Origin: Heterodontus francisci
Lineage: Eukaryota
NCBI RefSeq assembly: GCF_036365525.1
Contig: NC_090381.1
Coordinates: 53,473,401-53,537,400, forward strand
Direction of reading: 5' to 3'
DNA length: 64,000 nucleotides
The notes under the pieces are model-generated. The model ran no database searches and was not told the origin of the DNA. It saw only the letters and a program-made list of their open reading frames with translations. Below, piece after piece: positions 33,690 to 47,597 of the stretch. The position numbers and the translations under genes were made by a program. Position 1 is the stretch's first letter, and each line of letters starts with the position of its first letter.

Positions 33690-36680
33690 GGGAAGGTTGT
33701 ACTCATCGGTTGCAGGCCTGCTGGTGGCTCGTCAGGCCTACCCGTGACCGGCAGATTCTCCAACAGCGGGTGCAAATGAAGGTGTATTCACTGCTGGGGG
33801 CAAATGGATCTAACCTCCTTTTCTCTTTCATGCTGATTCTTCACTCAGTCTCAAAATGTGCCTGTAGCACTCCTGATGCAGCATCTTCAGGCATCATGAT
33901 CTATGGCCTGAGCTTCCCACTGGCGATGATCGATGTGGCACACAGAGAAGGACTTCTTCAGGGAGCCCTTGAAACGTTTATGTGGGGCCCCTCTGTCCCT
34001 TTTACCAGTGGTCAGCTCTCCATAGAACATGATCTTGGGCAGGCGACTGTCGTCCATCTGGGCAACGTGACCTGCCCAATGCAGTTGGTTTTCAGGAGGA
34101 TGCCCTGGATGCTGGTGATGTTGGCTGTTTACAGGACTTCAATGTTTGTTATGTGGTACTGCCAGCAGATCTTGAGGATGCTGCGGAGGCAGTGCTGATG
34201 GAAGGGCTCTAGAAGGCATAAATGACGGCGTATATATCTGAGGACAGATTTGGCCCAAGTGGACTGGGCAGGAAGACTAAAAGGTAGACAGTTAATGAGC
34301 AGTGGCAGATGTTTAAGGAGATATTCAATTCCTCCCAACTAAAATATATTCCAGTGAGGAAGAAAGATTCGAAGAGGGGGAAAAAACATCCATGGCTAAG
34401 CAAGGAAGTTAAGGATAACATGAAGACAAAAACTAAGGCATGCCATATTGCAAAGGTCAGTGGCAGGCTGGAAGATTGGGAAACTTTTAAAGATCAACAA
34501 AGGGTTACTAAAAAAGTAATAAAAAGAGCAAAGGTAAATTATGAAAGAAAACTTGTGCAAAATATAAAAACGGAGAGCTATAGCTTCTATAAGTATATAA
34601 AAGGTAAGAGAGTAGCTAAAGTGAATGTTGGTCCCTTGGAGGGTGAGACTGGGGAGTTAGTAGAGGGGAACACAGAAATGGCAGAGACACTAAATCAGTA
34701 TTTTGCCTCAGTTTTCACAGTGGAGAACGCTAGTACCATCCCATTTGTAGAAGGTAATGCAGAGGTTATAGAAAGGGAGGAAATTAGAAAAATCATCACT
34801 AGGGAAAAAGTACTGAGGGTCTGTTGGCCTACATCCGAGAGTCTTAAAGGAAGTGGTAGCGGAGATAGTGGATCCATTGGTTATAATATTCCAAAATTCC
34901 CTGGATGCGGGAAAGATTCCAGTGGATTGGAAAAAAGCTAATATAATGCCCTTTTTCAAAAAGGGAAGGAGGCAGAAAGTAGGAAACGACAGACCAGTCA
35001 GTTTAACATCTATCGTTGGGAAATTGTTAGAATCCATTATTCAGGAAGTAATAACAGGACATTGAGAAAGTCAAAACGCAATCCCTCAGAGTCAGCATGA
35101 TTTTATGAAGGGTAAATTGTGTTTGACTAATTTGCTAGAGTTCTTTGAAGCTGTGACAAGCAAAGCGGATAATGGGGATCCTGTAGATGTAGTATATCTG
35201 GACTTCCAGAAGGCATTTGATAAGGTGCTGCGCAAAAGGTAAGTTCACATGGGGATAGGGGCAATTTATTAGCTTGGAGAGAGGATTGGCTAACCAACAG
35301 AAAACAGAAAGTCGGGATAAATGGGTCTTTCTCTGGTTGGCAAGATATAACTGGTGGGGTGCCACAGGGTTTGGTCCTTGGGCTCCAACTATTTACAAGC
35401 TATATAAATGACTTGGATGCAGGGATAGAAGGTACAATAGCCAAATTTGCAGATGACACAAATAGGTGGGATAGTAAGTTGCAATAAAGAAATAAGAAAT
35501 TTACAAATGGATATTGATAGGTTAGGTGAATGAGCCAAAATTTGGCAGATGGACTTTAACGTGGATAAGTGTGAGGTTAACCATTTTGGTCGGAAGAATA
35601 GAAAGGCAAATTATTATCTAAATGGAGAGAAACTTCAGAGTGCTTCGGTGCAGAGGGATCTGGGTGTCCTCGTGCATGAATCGCAGAAAGCTAGAATGCA
35701 TGTGCAGCAGATAACATGAAGGCAAATGGAATTTTGGCATTTATTGCGAGAGGACTATAATATAAAAGTAGGGAAGTGTTGTTGCAACTGTACAAGGCAT
35801 TAGTGAGACCTCACCTGGAGTATTGCGTACAGTTTTAGTCCCTTTACTGGATGTAGTTGCATTGGAGGCAGTTCAGAGGAGGTTCACTAGATTGATTCCA
35901 GGGATAAGGGGTTTTGTCTTATGAAGAGAGATTGATCAATTTAGGCATTTTCTCTCTCGAGTTTAGAAGAATGAGAGGAGATCTAAATGAGGTATATAAG
36001 ATGATTAAGGGAATTGACAAAGTAGAAGTAGAGAGGATGTTTCCTCTTGTGGGGCAATCTAGAACAAAAGGTCATAGCTTTAGGATAAGTGGTAGCAGAT
36101 TTAAAACAGAGATGAGGGGAAATTACTTCTCTCAAAGCGTCGTGAGTCTGTCAAATTCACTACCCCAGATTGCGGTGGATGCTGCGACATTGAGTAAATT
36201 TCAGGAGGAGATAGACAGATTTTGAATTAGTAATGGGTTGAAGGGTCATGGAGAACGGGCAGGAAAGTGGAGTTGAGGCTGAAATGAGATCAGCCATGAT
36301 CGTATTGAACGGCGGGGCAGGCTTCAGGGGCTCCTAGTTCTTATGCCTGGGCGCCATACAGAAGGTGATGAGGACTACGGCTTTGTACACCAAGAGTTTG
36401 GTCTGTGCGCTGAGGCTGTGGTTGCTCCACACTCATTTTCAGAGTCTGCAGAACATATTGTTTGCTTTTGAAAGCCTATTGTCTACTTCCTTGTCTATAG
36501 TGGCATCAAAAGAGATGCCGCTGCCCAAATAAGTAAATTGCTTGACGGCATTCAGCTCCGTTCCCTCAATGACAATGTTTGGTGGTCTGTATTTTTCTTG
36601 GGGTGCAGGCTGATGCACGACTTCAGTTTTCTTTAAACTGATTTTTAATCTGAAGAGTTGTGCTGCCTCGAAAAAACGTG
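33690..36680 (-). mobile_element. Older RTE-type LINE fragment (33690-34236 and 36346-36680) interrupted by a CR1
   Basis: Minus strand gives YLGS-like and LYGA.. segments on the right and RRHL.LLEPFHQHCLRSILKICW, W.GHV.M segments on the left. Confidence 0.65.
34237..36345 (+). mobile_element. 5'-truncated, degenerate CR1 LINE
   Basis: HPWLSKEVK, LNQYFASVFT, RPVSLTS, DFQKAFD, KFADD segments with frameshifts and stops; CR1 3' UTR. Confidence 0.88.
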
Positions 36681-36817
36681 TGAAAAATTATACTGGTTAC
36701 TCAAACCTCTTTGAACCCTGCCGAACCATAAAATTCTCTTGGCTTTTTGCAAACCGAAGACACAAATATCTAGTCAATCATTCCTGTGTTCTCAAATGTA
36801 AAAATCTATTCTGGTCA

Positions 36818-39800
36818 TGTTCTGAAGGTGCTCCATTTTTAAAATGTTTTGAGGACTGTGTTAACGATTATGGACATTGGTTCATTTGGAAAACTGAAAA
36901 GATTCCATGGATGTGTTTTTTTTACAACGGTCATTGGGAAGACACTTGAGCTTTGTGTTTAAAAACAACCTTACTGGATGTCACATGCCTTAAGCTAAAT
37001 AAACAACAGGAATCTTGGTGGCCAGAGAAGTGACCTGTCAAGATTTATGATGGTCAGGAGGTTTAGACATGCTGTTGGGGTGTGGACTGTTTTGAAGGCA
37101 GATGGGTTTGTCACCTTCTGAAAAGAAACACCCAACTCATCTTTTTCCCACCTCTTTGAGAGACCCTGCAAAAAAAAAATCCAATGTGTGATAGCTAAAA
37201 CCCTCCCGATACCACATTTCTCCTGAGAAGCTTCTGGAAAGCCTGCCAGATAAGTTCTCGAAGCTGTCTTAAAAAAGGCGCTCCAGAAAAGATCCCAGTG
37301 GTGCGTCGATGTGCAATCAGACATCAGACTGTACGCCATTTGGGACGCAACATATCATCTTCTCCTTCCAAAGGAATTAACACGTATTTGGCCAGAGTCG
37401 GTTTTTGCCTTTTTTTTGTGGAAAACCAATGCAGAGAAATCTTTTTTTAATCTAACCATGTGTGTGTTGAGTATCTAGAAGGGAATATCTGTTTATATTC
37501 ATCTTTCAAACTGTGTTAATGCTTTGCATCTTTATTGGATGAGTCTTGTTTTATAATAAGTTGTGAATTTTTGTTTATTAAAGAAACTTGGTTGGTGTAT
37601 TTTATTCTGGGTTAGAGTATATGATTGACTGCATCGGTAACTGGGTGAACATTTAAATATATGTTGTAGCTTGTGGAGAAGTGGAACTTGCGAAAGACAG
37701 TGCGCTCCTCCCGCCTCGGTGGCTCTGGGTGGATAACCTGATGCCGACAACATGCAATTGCAAGTGTGGTAATAATAATTGAAAAGAGGAAAAGTGAAAA
37801 AACAGCTTTCTTGTGCTTTAAAGTTTACACTACCGGAATGGATTTGTTACTTGCTACGACCTTTTTGAGGAGGGAGGATTTATCCCTGAGTGATATGCAA
37901 ATCTTAACCAAGGCGAGGCTAAATGAATAGGCAGAAAAGCTGGTGTTAGAGTTAAAACCAGGAGCTAAGAAAGCAGACATAATTGAGGTAATAGCACAGC
38001 ATTGGAAATTGAAAGAAGGACAGGGCAATCCAGATGGTAGTTCAGTTGAATTAACTAGGATTCAGTTGCAGATGAAGCAGCTTGAACAGGAAAAAGAGAT
38101 GAAAAAACTTGAGTTTGAACAGGAAAGTGAATTAATAATGAAGAAACTTGAAAGAGAGGACAGGGCAAAAGAGACAGCATTTCAAAGAGAAAGGGAATTT
38201 GAATTTAAAAAGCTAGAACTAAGTCAAAGGGGTGGCCTTGTCCCCAGGGTAAATTCTGGTGAGGAAAGATCTGACTCAGCCCAGGATCCAGTGGAGAGCT
38301 GTTTCAATTTGTGCAAGACCTCCTGAAGTTCGAAAAGATAGCCAGACAGATGAAGTGGCCAAAGGAAAGCTGGATACTGTTTATGCAAAGGACGTTGATG
38401 GGGAGAGCTCATGAAGTTTATGCTATGCTTTCTGAGGAGGCTTCTGCAGCTCATGAGATGGCAACAAAGTCTGTTCTCACTGCTTATGAGTTAGTCCCTG
38501 AAGCATACAGGCAAAATTTCAGAACCTCCGGAAACAGTCTGGGCAAACATATTTAGAATTTGAGAGGGTAAAGCAAATTAATTTTGATTGGATGCAGGCA
38601 CTAAAGTAGAGGCCACGTATGAAACCCTAAGGGAAATAATTTTGGAAGAATTTAAAAATTCATTCCTTCCGTTAGTAAGAACCCATGTAGAGAAACAGAA
38701 AGTTTCAACAGACAGGCAGCGGTGATCGCTGATGAATACAAGCTTGTTTACAAGCCTAAACCCTTTCACCCCCCCACCCCCCCCCCCCGCCCACGAACCC
38801 GAGAAGGCTAGAAGGTGGGAGGGTGAAAGGAAGGCAAGCAGGTGGGGACAAGAAAGGACAGCTGGGAACGCTCCGGGATCTCCTCAGGCCAGAAAGCAAG
38901 ATGCTGAGGGTGGAAATGAGGTCCGAAAGCCTAAGTGTTTCCATTGCCACAAGGTGAGGCACCTTTGTGCAGAATGCTGGCAGTTGCGAGGTACCCCCTG
39001 GGACGTGTTGGGGTACGTAAGGCCAATGCAGAGAAAGGGGCCATGACTGCAGCTGTAAGGCCACGAACAAAAACCGCTCTGAGTGCAGGGGACGTGAACA
39101 AGATACCTGAGAGTTATAGGGAATTCTTATCAAAAGGAAGAGTAACTCCTTATCCCTCGAGAGGCAGATAAACCTTTAGTTATACTGAGGGATACAGGAG
39201 CCACCCAAACCCTTTTGCTGGGGAAAGGCATAACTTTTCCACCAGAGAGTGCACTGAATGCCAAGGTTTTAGTGAACGTTATCGGCGGGGAGTATATACC
39301 CGTACCTTTGTATCGGGTGCACCTGGAATGTGATCTCATGTCTGGAATGGTAACTGTAGGAGTTGTCCATAGTTTGCCTGTAGATGGAGTTGACCTACTT
39401 CTGGGGAATGATTTGGCCAGAGCAAAGGTAATAGCTTCTCCAGTAGTCATGGAAAGTCCAAGTGAAGTCCAAGAGACAGAACAGTTGCAGGAAAAGGTTC
39501 CAGGAATTTTCGCTTCATGTGTCGTGATCCGAGCAATGGCGAAACAAGCTCCATGTCGGAGGTCAAATTGGCACCACAGACAGCCAAATATCTGAAACTT
39601 TCTTTGGGGATTTGAATAATCCGAAGGCAATGTTCAATAAGTCTTCTCTGATCAAGGCTCAGCAAGCCAATCCAGATTTAAGTAAAGTGGCACAATCAGA
39701 TCCAACTTAAGCTGAGACAAAGGGAGTTCCAGAAGGCTACTACATTAAAAATGGGATTCTGATGAGAAAGTGGAGACCTGCTCACAGACCTACAGACTAA

Positions 39801-42605
39801 GACTGGACTGTTGTTCACCAGATAGTGGTACCGTCCAGGTATCACCGGGAAATATTAAAAATAGCCCATGAAATTCCCATGGTGTGACGTGTGGGGATCC
39901 GGAAGACCCAATCACGTATAGGTTGACATTTTTCGTGGCCAGGTCTTTACAAGGATGTGGTGCAGTTTTGTAAAACATGTCAGATTGTGGGAAACCCGCA
40001 ACCTGCCATAAAACTGGCACCTCTAATTCCCATTTTTTGGGGAACCATTGAGTAGGGTGTTGGTAGACTGTGTGGGACCTTTATCGAAAACAAAAGAGGG
40101 ACGTCAATATCTACTTACTATTATGGATATGGCTACTCAGTTCCCAGAGGCCATTCCCTTGAGAACAACTGCTAGGGTAGTGGTAGAAAAGTGAACCCAA
40201 TTTTTCACTAGATGTGGATTACCGATTGAGATCCAGTCAGATCAAGATTCCAATTTCATGTCTAATACTTTCCAGGAAATTATGAATAATCTGGGAATGA
40301 CACAGTTAAAGTCTTCAGCATACCACCCACAGACACACGGGGCTTTAGAACAGTACCATCAGATCCTCAAGACGATGATCAGGGCATACAGTCATGATAA
40401 TCCCCATGATTGGGATAAAGGGCTGGAATTTCTTTTGTTTGCCACTGGGGATTCAACTGATGAGTCTACCGGTTTTGGTCCTTTTGAATTAGTTTATGGA
40501 CATGAGGTAAGAGGTACTCTGAAACTAATCAAAAAAATGTTTTTAGAACAGAGGGGCAAATCTTCCGTGTTAGACCAAGTATCCGTGCTCCGGGAGGGGC
40601 TCACGAGAGCCTGCAAGGTGGCTCAGGAACACCTGAAAGCTTCCCAAACAACAGTGAAGAAATGGGCAGACGAGCATGCCAAGACCCGAACATTTCAATC
40701 AGGGGCTGAAGTGTTGGTATTACTACCTTTACAGGGTGAACTGCTGAAAGCACGGTTCAGTGGACCATATCAAGTGGTCGAAAGAATTGGTGAAGTAAAT
40801 TATTTGATTGACACGCCAGATCACCGGAAGAAGAATTGGCTGTGTCATATCAATATATTGAAACAATATTACTGCCGGGAGGGGGATAAGCAAGCAGAGG
40901 TATGTCAGGTATGCCTCGACAATTCTCAAATTGAATCTTCAGTCAAAACAGCTGGAGTTCCCCAGTTGTGTTCTGCCTAAACGTGATGGCTCAACTAGAT
41001 TTTGCATTGACTATAGAAAGGTAAATGCAGTAACAAAGGCAGACCCCAACCCATTTCCTTGCTTGGAAGACTATTGACAGAGTTGGCAGTGCCACATTTC
41101 TTACCAAAATAGATCTGTTAAAGAAATATTGGCCTTTATCACACCAAACGGTCTTTTCCAATGCAGAGTGATGCCATTCGGTCTAAAAATAATTCCCCAG
41201 CAAATTTCCAGAGACAAATTAAACAAGTGGTAGCCAGTGTTCCCAACTGTGTGATTTACCTTGATGATGTGTTGGTATGCAGTGACACTTGGAAGAACCA
41301 CTTGGAACAACGAAAAGTTCTGTTCAGAAAATTACAGTTGGCTGATTTGGTGATCGACCTTGCGAAAAGTGAATTTGCAAAAGTACGGGTGACCTACCTC
41401 TGGCATATAGTAGGGCAAAAACAAGTATTGCCAAGAACCGCAAAAGTACAAGCATCGATGGCGTTCCCTACCCCTGAGACTAAACGAACAATCATGAGGT
41501 TTTTTGGGATGTGTGGTTTCGACTGCAAGTTTGTACCAAATTTCAGCACTATAGCTGCTCCACTGAGAGATTTGATGCAAAAAAAGCCAAGGAAGTATGG
41601 TCAGGGGAGTGCCAAGCATCTTTTGAGAGGCTGAAATCCATTTTGATCAATGAACTAGCGTTGGCTGCCCCAAATTTCACTAAGTCCTTCAAGGTAGCAA
41701 ATGATGCTAGTGACCTGGGGGGGTGGTTGGTGCAATCCTTTTACGAGACAACAAAAATATACTTAGCAGTGGAAAAAGAAACCCTGGGCTTATTACCAGC
41801 TCTTAAGCATTTTGAAGTATATGGCCACCATGACGACAGAGGGACACTGGTATATACTGATCATAACCCCCTAGCATTTGTGGAAAAATTCAACAACCAG
41901 AATGCCGCACTATTTCGATGGAGTTTACTGTTGCAGCCCTATCACTTAACGGTTATCCACGTTACGGGGAAAATAATGTAATTGCTGATGCTTTGTCTCG
42001 AATTTAACTTTGCTTTGAGTTATCTGAGTAAAAAGATGGTATAAAGCAGAACTGTATTCGTTGCACGTAAAGAGTGAATGGGAATGAGAGTACATGTGTT
42101 TTAATATTTTTTCCACACAGTAGTGAAATACATTTAAAAATTACATTTAATTCCTCCAAGGATGGAGGTGCTCCGTTCTTAAAACATTTTGAGGACTTGT
42201 GTTAACGATTTTGAACATTGGTTCTTTTGGAAAACTGAAGAGATTCCATGGATGTGTTTTTTTTTTTGCAAGTGTCACTAGGAATACATTTGAGCTTTGT
42301 TTTTAAAAGCAACCTTTACTTGATGTCACATGCATTAAGCTAAATAAACAACAGGAATCTTGGTGGCCAGGGGTGCTACTTACAGAGAAGTGACCTGTCG
42401 AGATTTATGGTGGTCAGGAGGTTTACACTTGCTGTTGGGGTGTGGACTATTCTGAAGTTTGGGTTTGTAGACTTCTGAAAAGAAACACCCAACTCATCTT
42501 TCTCCACCTCTTTGAGAGACCCTGCAAAAAATCCAGTATGTGATAGCTAAAACCCTCCTGGTGCAGCATTTCTTCTGAGAAGCTTCTGGAAAGCCTGCCA
42601 GGAGC
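36818..42605 (+). mobile_element. Degenerate Gmr1-like Ty3/Gypsy LTR retrotransposon (gag-PR-IN-RT-RH)
   Basis: 5' LTR ~36818-37720; partial 3' LTR ~42165-42605; gag with AYELVPEAYRQ and C..C....H....C knuckle; protease LRDTGA (~39185); integrase IQSDQ, SAYHPQT (~39850-40880); RT YLDD (~41258); RNase H DAS, YTDHNPL. Confidence 0.88.
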
Positions 42606-42818
42606 TAGCTGCAGGATAAAAACAATCAAAGGTATGGTTCATCTGCAGGCTCCAATATTACCATTGTATAATCCTCAGTAGAAATCAAGTCATGTATTTG
42701 GACCTATCTCACAATAGATAACCTAACCATGTTACATGAGTTTATTTTAAAGAAGAGTTTTACTTTTACAAATTATGTACAGAATTACTTTTCAAGTTAT
42801 GTTTTTCTTTTTTTCCAG

Positions 42819-42981
42819 TTTTGAATTTACTCACAAGAAGCAGTCTGGTGGTGCAGGCCAGTATGGCAAGGTTATTGGTTTATTAGAACCTCTGGACCCT
42901 GAAAACTACACTAAGTTAGAATTTGCTGACAGAACTATTGGAACAAATGTACCAAAGCAGTTTATACCAGCCATTGAGAAG
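42819..42981 (+). CDS. GFM1: Mitochondrial EF-G1 exon (human exon 14 equivalent)
   Basis: ttccag|T TTT GAA...GAG AAG|gtactg, 163 nt; [25 protein letters not shown]...[11 protein letters not shown] (EF-G domain IV). Confidence 0.97.
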
Positions 42982-44189
42982 GTACTGGATCAGACTATTT
43001 CCTTATCTCAGCTCTTCTTCATCTGATACTGACTTACGTTTTTCTTGCTTTATCTCTAGCAATATTACCAAGCCCCATAATTATTTGGAAACTTTGCCTT
43101 ATAATGGGAGGGAAAATTAAAATTTTGAAGATTTTATAATTTTTTTCAAGAGAAATCGAATGAATTTCTACCCATGTGGCACTGCCACAAAATTAAACTT
43201 GTGAAGTTTGCTGATAAAGCATGGAGGAAGTGTGTCCTCAATTGCATCAAACCTAACAGGAAAATGGCAAAATGGAGACTATAATTATCTAAATGTGGGA
43301 CAGAATACATGAAATTTATGGCCATGAAAATATTAGCTCGGTAAAACCAAAATAATCAACCACATTGTGTTTTAGCCTGTACATAGTTGTAATTTAGGGA
43401 TAAGCTCGGGGGCATGGTCATGGAATCAATTACCAACTTCTTTCCCGACTGAGTGTTCAAAACCACCCAAACTGGTGGAATGGGAATTGTCTGCATCAAC
43501 TGTCTAAAAGGATATTGAGTGAAATGAGTGTGGACATTGCCAACCCAATTCCGATTGGAAACTCAAAGCAAAGCTTTTCATTTATTACTAAATTGGCATT
43601 GTTGTTTCTTCGGACCACAAGGATGACTGATGTGAGAAATGGAAAATCTTCACACTGGTTGAAATGGACCTGGTACCCTTCAGAGGCTTGTTACATTGAT
43701 GGCATATTATGGAGCAAACATTACCCTTCAGCTAATCTGTCCTGGGTGAGCCATATCTTGCAAGAAAAACAAAATGTGAACTAAGTATCTTATTCCTCCG
43801 TAATCCTTGCTTTTGGATAATCCTTCCTTTCTTAATGGACATCGGGTAATAAAATGTGTAAAATCCTTTATATATGGTCTTTAAGCCAAAAATCCACTTC
43901 ATTTCCAAAAAATCTTTTTTTTTTAAAGGCATAACTTCCAGTTCAGTCACTTGGGTGGTCTGAAAACCAATGCTCCGCTTGGCATCTCAACCCATCGTTA
44001 ACTCAGAATTACACTGTGCACACTTAGCCATTTACTAGCTCTCTGTTCATCCCGGCTGTTAAAAAACTCGGAAATAGTTGTATTACATGAATCAGTCCAT
44101 GGCTTGGAGCTCATTTAAGGCAGTAATGTATTTTAGGGATGAGATGACATCACAAAGCCACTGGAGCTATCCTTTTGCATATTACATTA

Positions 44190-45400
44190 TCTCAACCATT
44201 GATGTGTTTCAGCCTTGCCCTACCATTCGATAAGATCATGGCTGATCTGCCTCAGACCTCAACTCCTCCTTCGTGCCAGCTCCTCATAGCCCTCAACTCC
44301 CTGATATTTCAAAAATCTATCTACCTCCTATTTAAATACTTCGTGATCTAGCCTCCACAACTCTCTGAAGTAGAGAATTCCAGACATTCACTACCCTCTG
44401 AGAGAAGAAATTCCTTTGCATCTCAGTTTTAAATGAGTGTCCCCTTATTCTGTAACTATGTCCGCTACTTCGACATTCCCCCACTGGTGGAAACATCTTC
44501 TCAACATCTACCCTGGCAAGCCCCCTCAGAATCTTGTACGTTTCAATAAGATGACCCCTCATTCTTCTAAACTCTAATGATTAAAGGCCTAATCTGTTTA
44601 GCCGTTCTTGATAAGTCAACCCGTTCATCCCAGGAATCAGCCCAGCGAATCTCTTTTGAACTGCCTCTAATGCCAGTATATCATTTCTTAAATACAGGGA
44701 CCAAAACTGGACACAGTACTCCAGCAGCCGCCTTACCAACACCCTGTACTGTTGTAACAAGTCTTCCCTATTTTTAAACTCCAACCCCCTAGCAATAAAG
44801 GCCAAAATTCCATTTGCCTTCTTAATTGCTTGCTGCACCTGCATGCTAACTTTTTGTGTTTCATGCACAAGAACACCCAGATCCCTCTGTGCTGCACTTT
44901 TTTGGAGTCTCTCTCCATTTAAATAATAGTCTGCCTTTTGATTCTTCCTACCAAGGTGCATGACTTCACATTTTCTTACATTCAACTCTGTCTGCCAAGT
45001 TTTTGCCCACTCACTCAACCTAACTATATCCCTTTGCAGATTCCTTATGTCCTCATCATAACATGCTCTGCCACCTATTTTTGTACCGTCAGCAAATTTG
45101 GATATATTACACTATGCCCCTCCTCCAAGTCATTAATATAGATAGTAAATAATTGAGGCCCTTCGACTGATCTTTGTGGCACTCCACAAGTTATGTCTTT
45201 CCAACCTGAGAAAGACCCATTAATCCTGACTGTCTTCTGTGAGTTAACCAATCCTCAATCCATGCTAATACATTACCCCCAATACCGTGAGCTCCGATCT
45301 TGCGCAATAATCTTTTATATGGCACTTTATCGAATGCTTTCTGGAAATCTAAATACACTATGTCTCCCGGTTCCCCTTTATAAACTCTGCTTGTTATATC
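44190..45400 (-). mobile_element. Degenerate CR1 LINE 3' part
   Basis: Minus ORFs 44581-45018 and 44332-44562 (KCEVMHLGRKN, RDLGV, EYCVQFW, FFSQRVV). Confidence 0.85.
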
Positions 45401-45654
45401 CTCTGGCTGAGATCTGCTATTTCAGTACAGGAAATGCACTAAACTGAGCCCTTCTTGAACTGTGTGGCACCAAGGAAGCTCAATACTTTCTTTAATAAAT
45501 TAAAAGGGCAATATAAAATACATAACATTAAAATATTCAGATTTGTGTCTTGCTTCAATGTGCTGTTTTCGTTCAATTTTGTTTAAAGTTATAACTATGC
45601 AACCAAAAACATGTTGTACATGTCATAACGCTGTGCTATGCATTATGTTGGCAG

Positions 45655-45799
45655 GGATTTCTTGAAGCTTGTGAAAAGGGTCCTCTTACAGCTCATAAAA
45701 TCTCTGGGGTGCGATTTGTCCTGGAAGATGGTGCTCATCACATGGTGGATTCCAATGAAATCTCTTTCATCAGAGCTGGAGAGGGTGCTGTAAAACAGG
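45655..45799 (+). CDS. GFM1: Mitochondrial EF-G1 exon (human exon 15 equivalent)
   Basis: ggcag|GGA TTT...CAG G|gtttgt, 145 nt; [48 protein letters not shown]. Confidence 0.97.
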
Positions 45800-46359
45800 G
45801 TTTGTAAAGCTAATAGAAATACAAAATACTAACAATAAGTATAACAATGCTCTCCCCAACACTTTCGAAATGAAGTTTTGATGGAGCTTTTCCTTCAAAA
45901 ATGCTATTTTTTATATCAAATTTACTGAACCTTTATGTTTCTGAACAACATGTGTCTGTCGAGATAAAAATGCAAGTGATTTACTTTCAACAGACACTGA
46001 TTTAGTTTTGCAGATTGTCATGCAGGACCTGTATGTCTATAAATGGAGAATTGGCATCCTGGTAACTTCAGAACTACACCTTGGACATTCTATCAAAAAA
46101 TGCACAAATTACTTTTCTACATCCTTTCTCAGTGGCATATGTGCACTTTTGGATGGAAGAATATTTACCAGGAAAAATGCCATTTTATTACAGAAATCAT
46201 TTTATGTAATATTTTGCATATTATTACTTTCACTCCAATTACATGTCTGTAATGTGTATGGACATACATTGTGGAATCATGAAAATGATGTTTTACCGCA
46301 TAGTACCGCCTTTGCCTCAGGTTTTAATAATCATCCCAAAGGCATTTTATATTGTCAGA

Positions 46360-46720
46360 GGACAGCACAGTGGCGCAGTGGTTAGCACCGCAGCCCCACA
46401 GCTCCAGCTACCCGGGTTCAATTCTGGGTACTGCCTGTGTGGAGTTTGCAAGTTCTCCCTGTGTCTGCGTGGGTTTCCTCCGGGTGCTCCGGTTTCCTCC
46501 CACATGCCAAAGACTTGCAAGTTGATAGGTAAATTGGCCATTAGCAATTGCCCCTAGTATAGGTAGGTGGTAGGGAAATATAGGGACAGGTGGGGATGTG
46601 GTAGGAATATGGAATTAGTGGAGGATTAGTATAAATGGGTGGTTGATGGTCGGCACAGACTCGGTGGGCCGAAGGGCCTGTTTCAGTGCTGTATCTCTAA
46701 AACTAAAACTAAAACCTAAA
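46360..46720 (+). mobile_element. tRNA-derived V-SINE (HE1-like), second copy
   Basis: Highly similar to 32199-32546; (ctaaaa)n tail. Confidence 0.85.
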
Positions 46721-47172
46721 AGACACTGCCTGAGCTTTCATGGAAATTAGTATGATTGGGAAACTTGACTGCACGTGAATTCTTCAGCATATGCTTTTAC
46801 CTAACTGTTGGTAACATAGCCAGCATATTCTCAGTGCTTATACAAGCTGATCAGCTAATGATCTAAACATAAAGAAAATACAGTTACTTGCAGGTGAATC
46901 AATCCACAGACGTGTTATAAGCATATCTAATATAAAATTTCATGTGCATATAGGAGGTTAGAGATTAAGTTTGAACATGTGAACATACAAAATTGACAGG
47001 CAAGAGAAGAGCAGCTGACCATCAAACTTACCCCAAACTCATGATGCCTGGAGCATCCTGACTAGACCCTTGCTAACTCCCTGTAGGTTTGAAATCTGAG
47101 AGAAGCAAAAACCCCTGCACTTAACTTATATGTGAAATAATTACTTGCTTTCTGTTTGTTTCTATTGCTCAG

Positions 47173-47333
47173 CTATGGAGAAAACCAGTGTGGTTATTCT
47201 GGAACCCATTATGTCAGTGGAGGTTGTAGCACCAAATGAGTTTCAGGGAACTGTAATTGCTGGAGTTAACCGTCGACATGGTGTTATCACTGGCCAGGAT
47301 GGAACAGAGGGATACTTTACACTTTATGCTGAT
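47173..47333 (+). CDS. GFM1: Mitochondrial EF-G1 exon (human exon 16 equivalent)
   Basis: ctcag|CT ATG...GCT GAT|gtatgt, 161 nt; [31 protein letters not shown] (EF-G domain V). Confidence 0.97.
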
Positions 47334-47597
47334 GTATGTATAATGCATTGCCTCGTTTTCTTTCGTGGAGAATTTGTAATCTCACCATTGGGTAACCATG
47401 GTCAAATTTTGCCTTATGTCGATGTTTATCTGTTTTATTAAACTGTTCACTGTACATTAGTGATCATGTAGCTGCAAAACTATTTCAAGGAACTCATGGT
47501 TCAGTAGAAGATATTACTTTTGGCAAATATTGTGAAAGGGAAAGGGATTTAGAGTGTTGTGGAATGAAACATTGCTTTTTGCGGGAGCAGCATTAGC

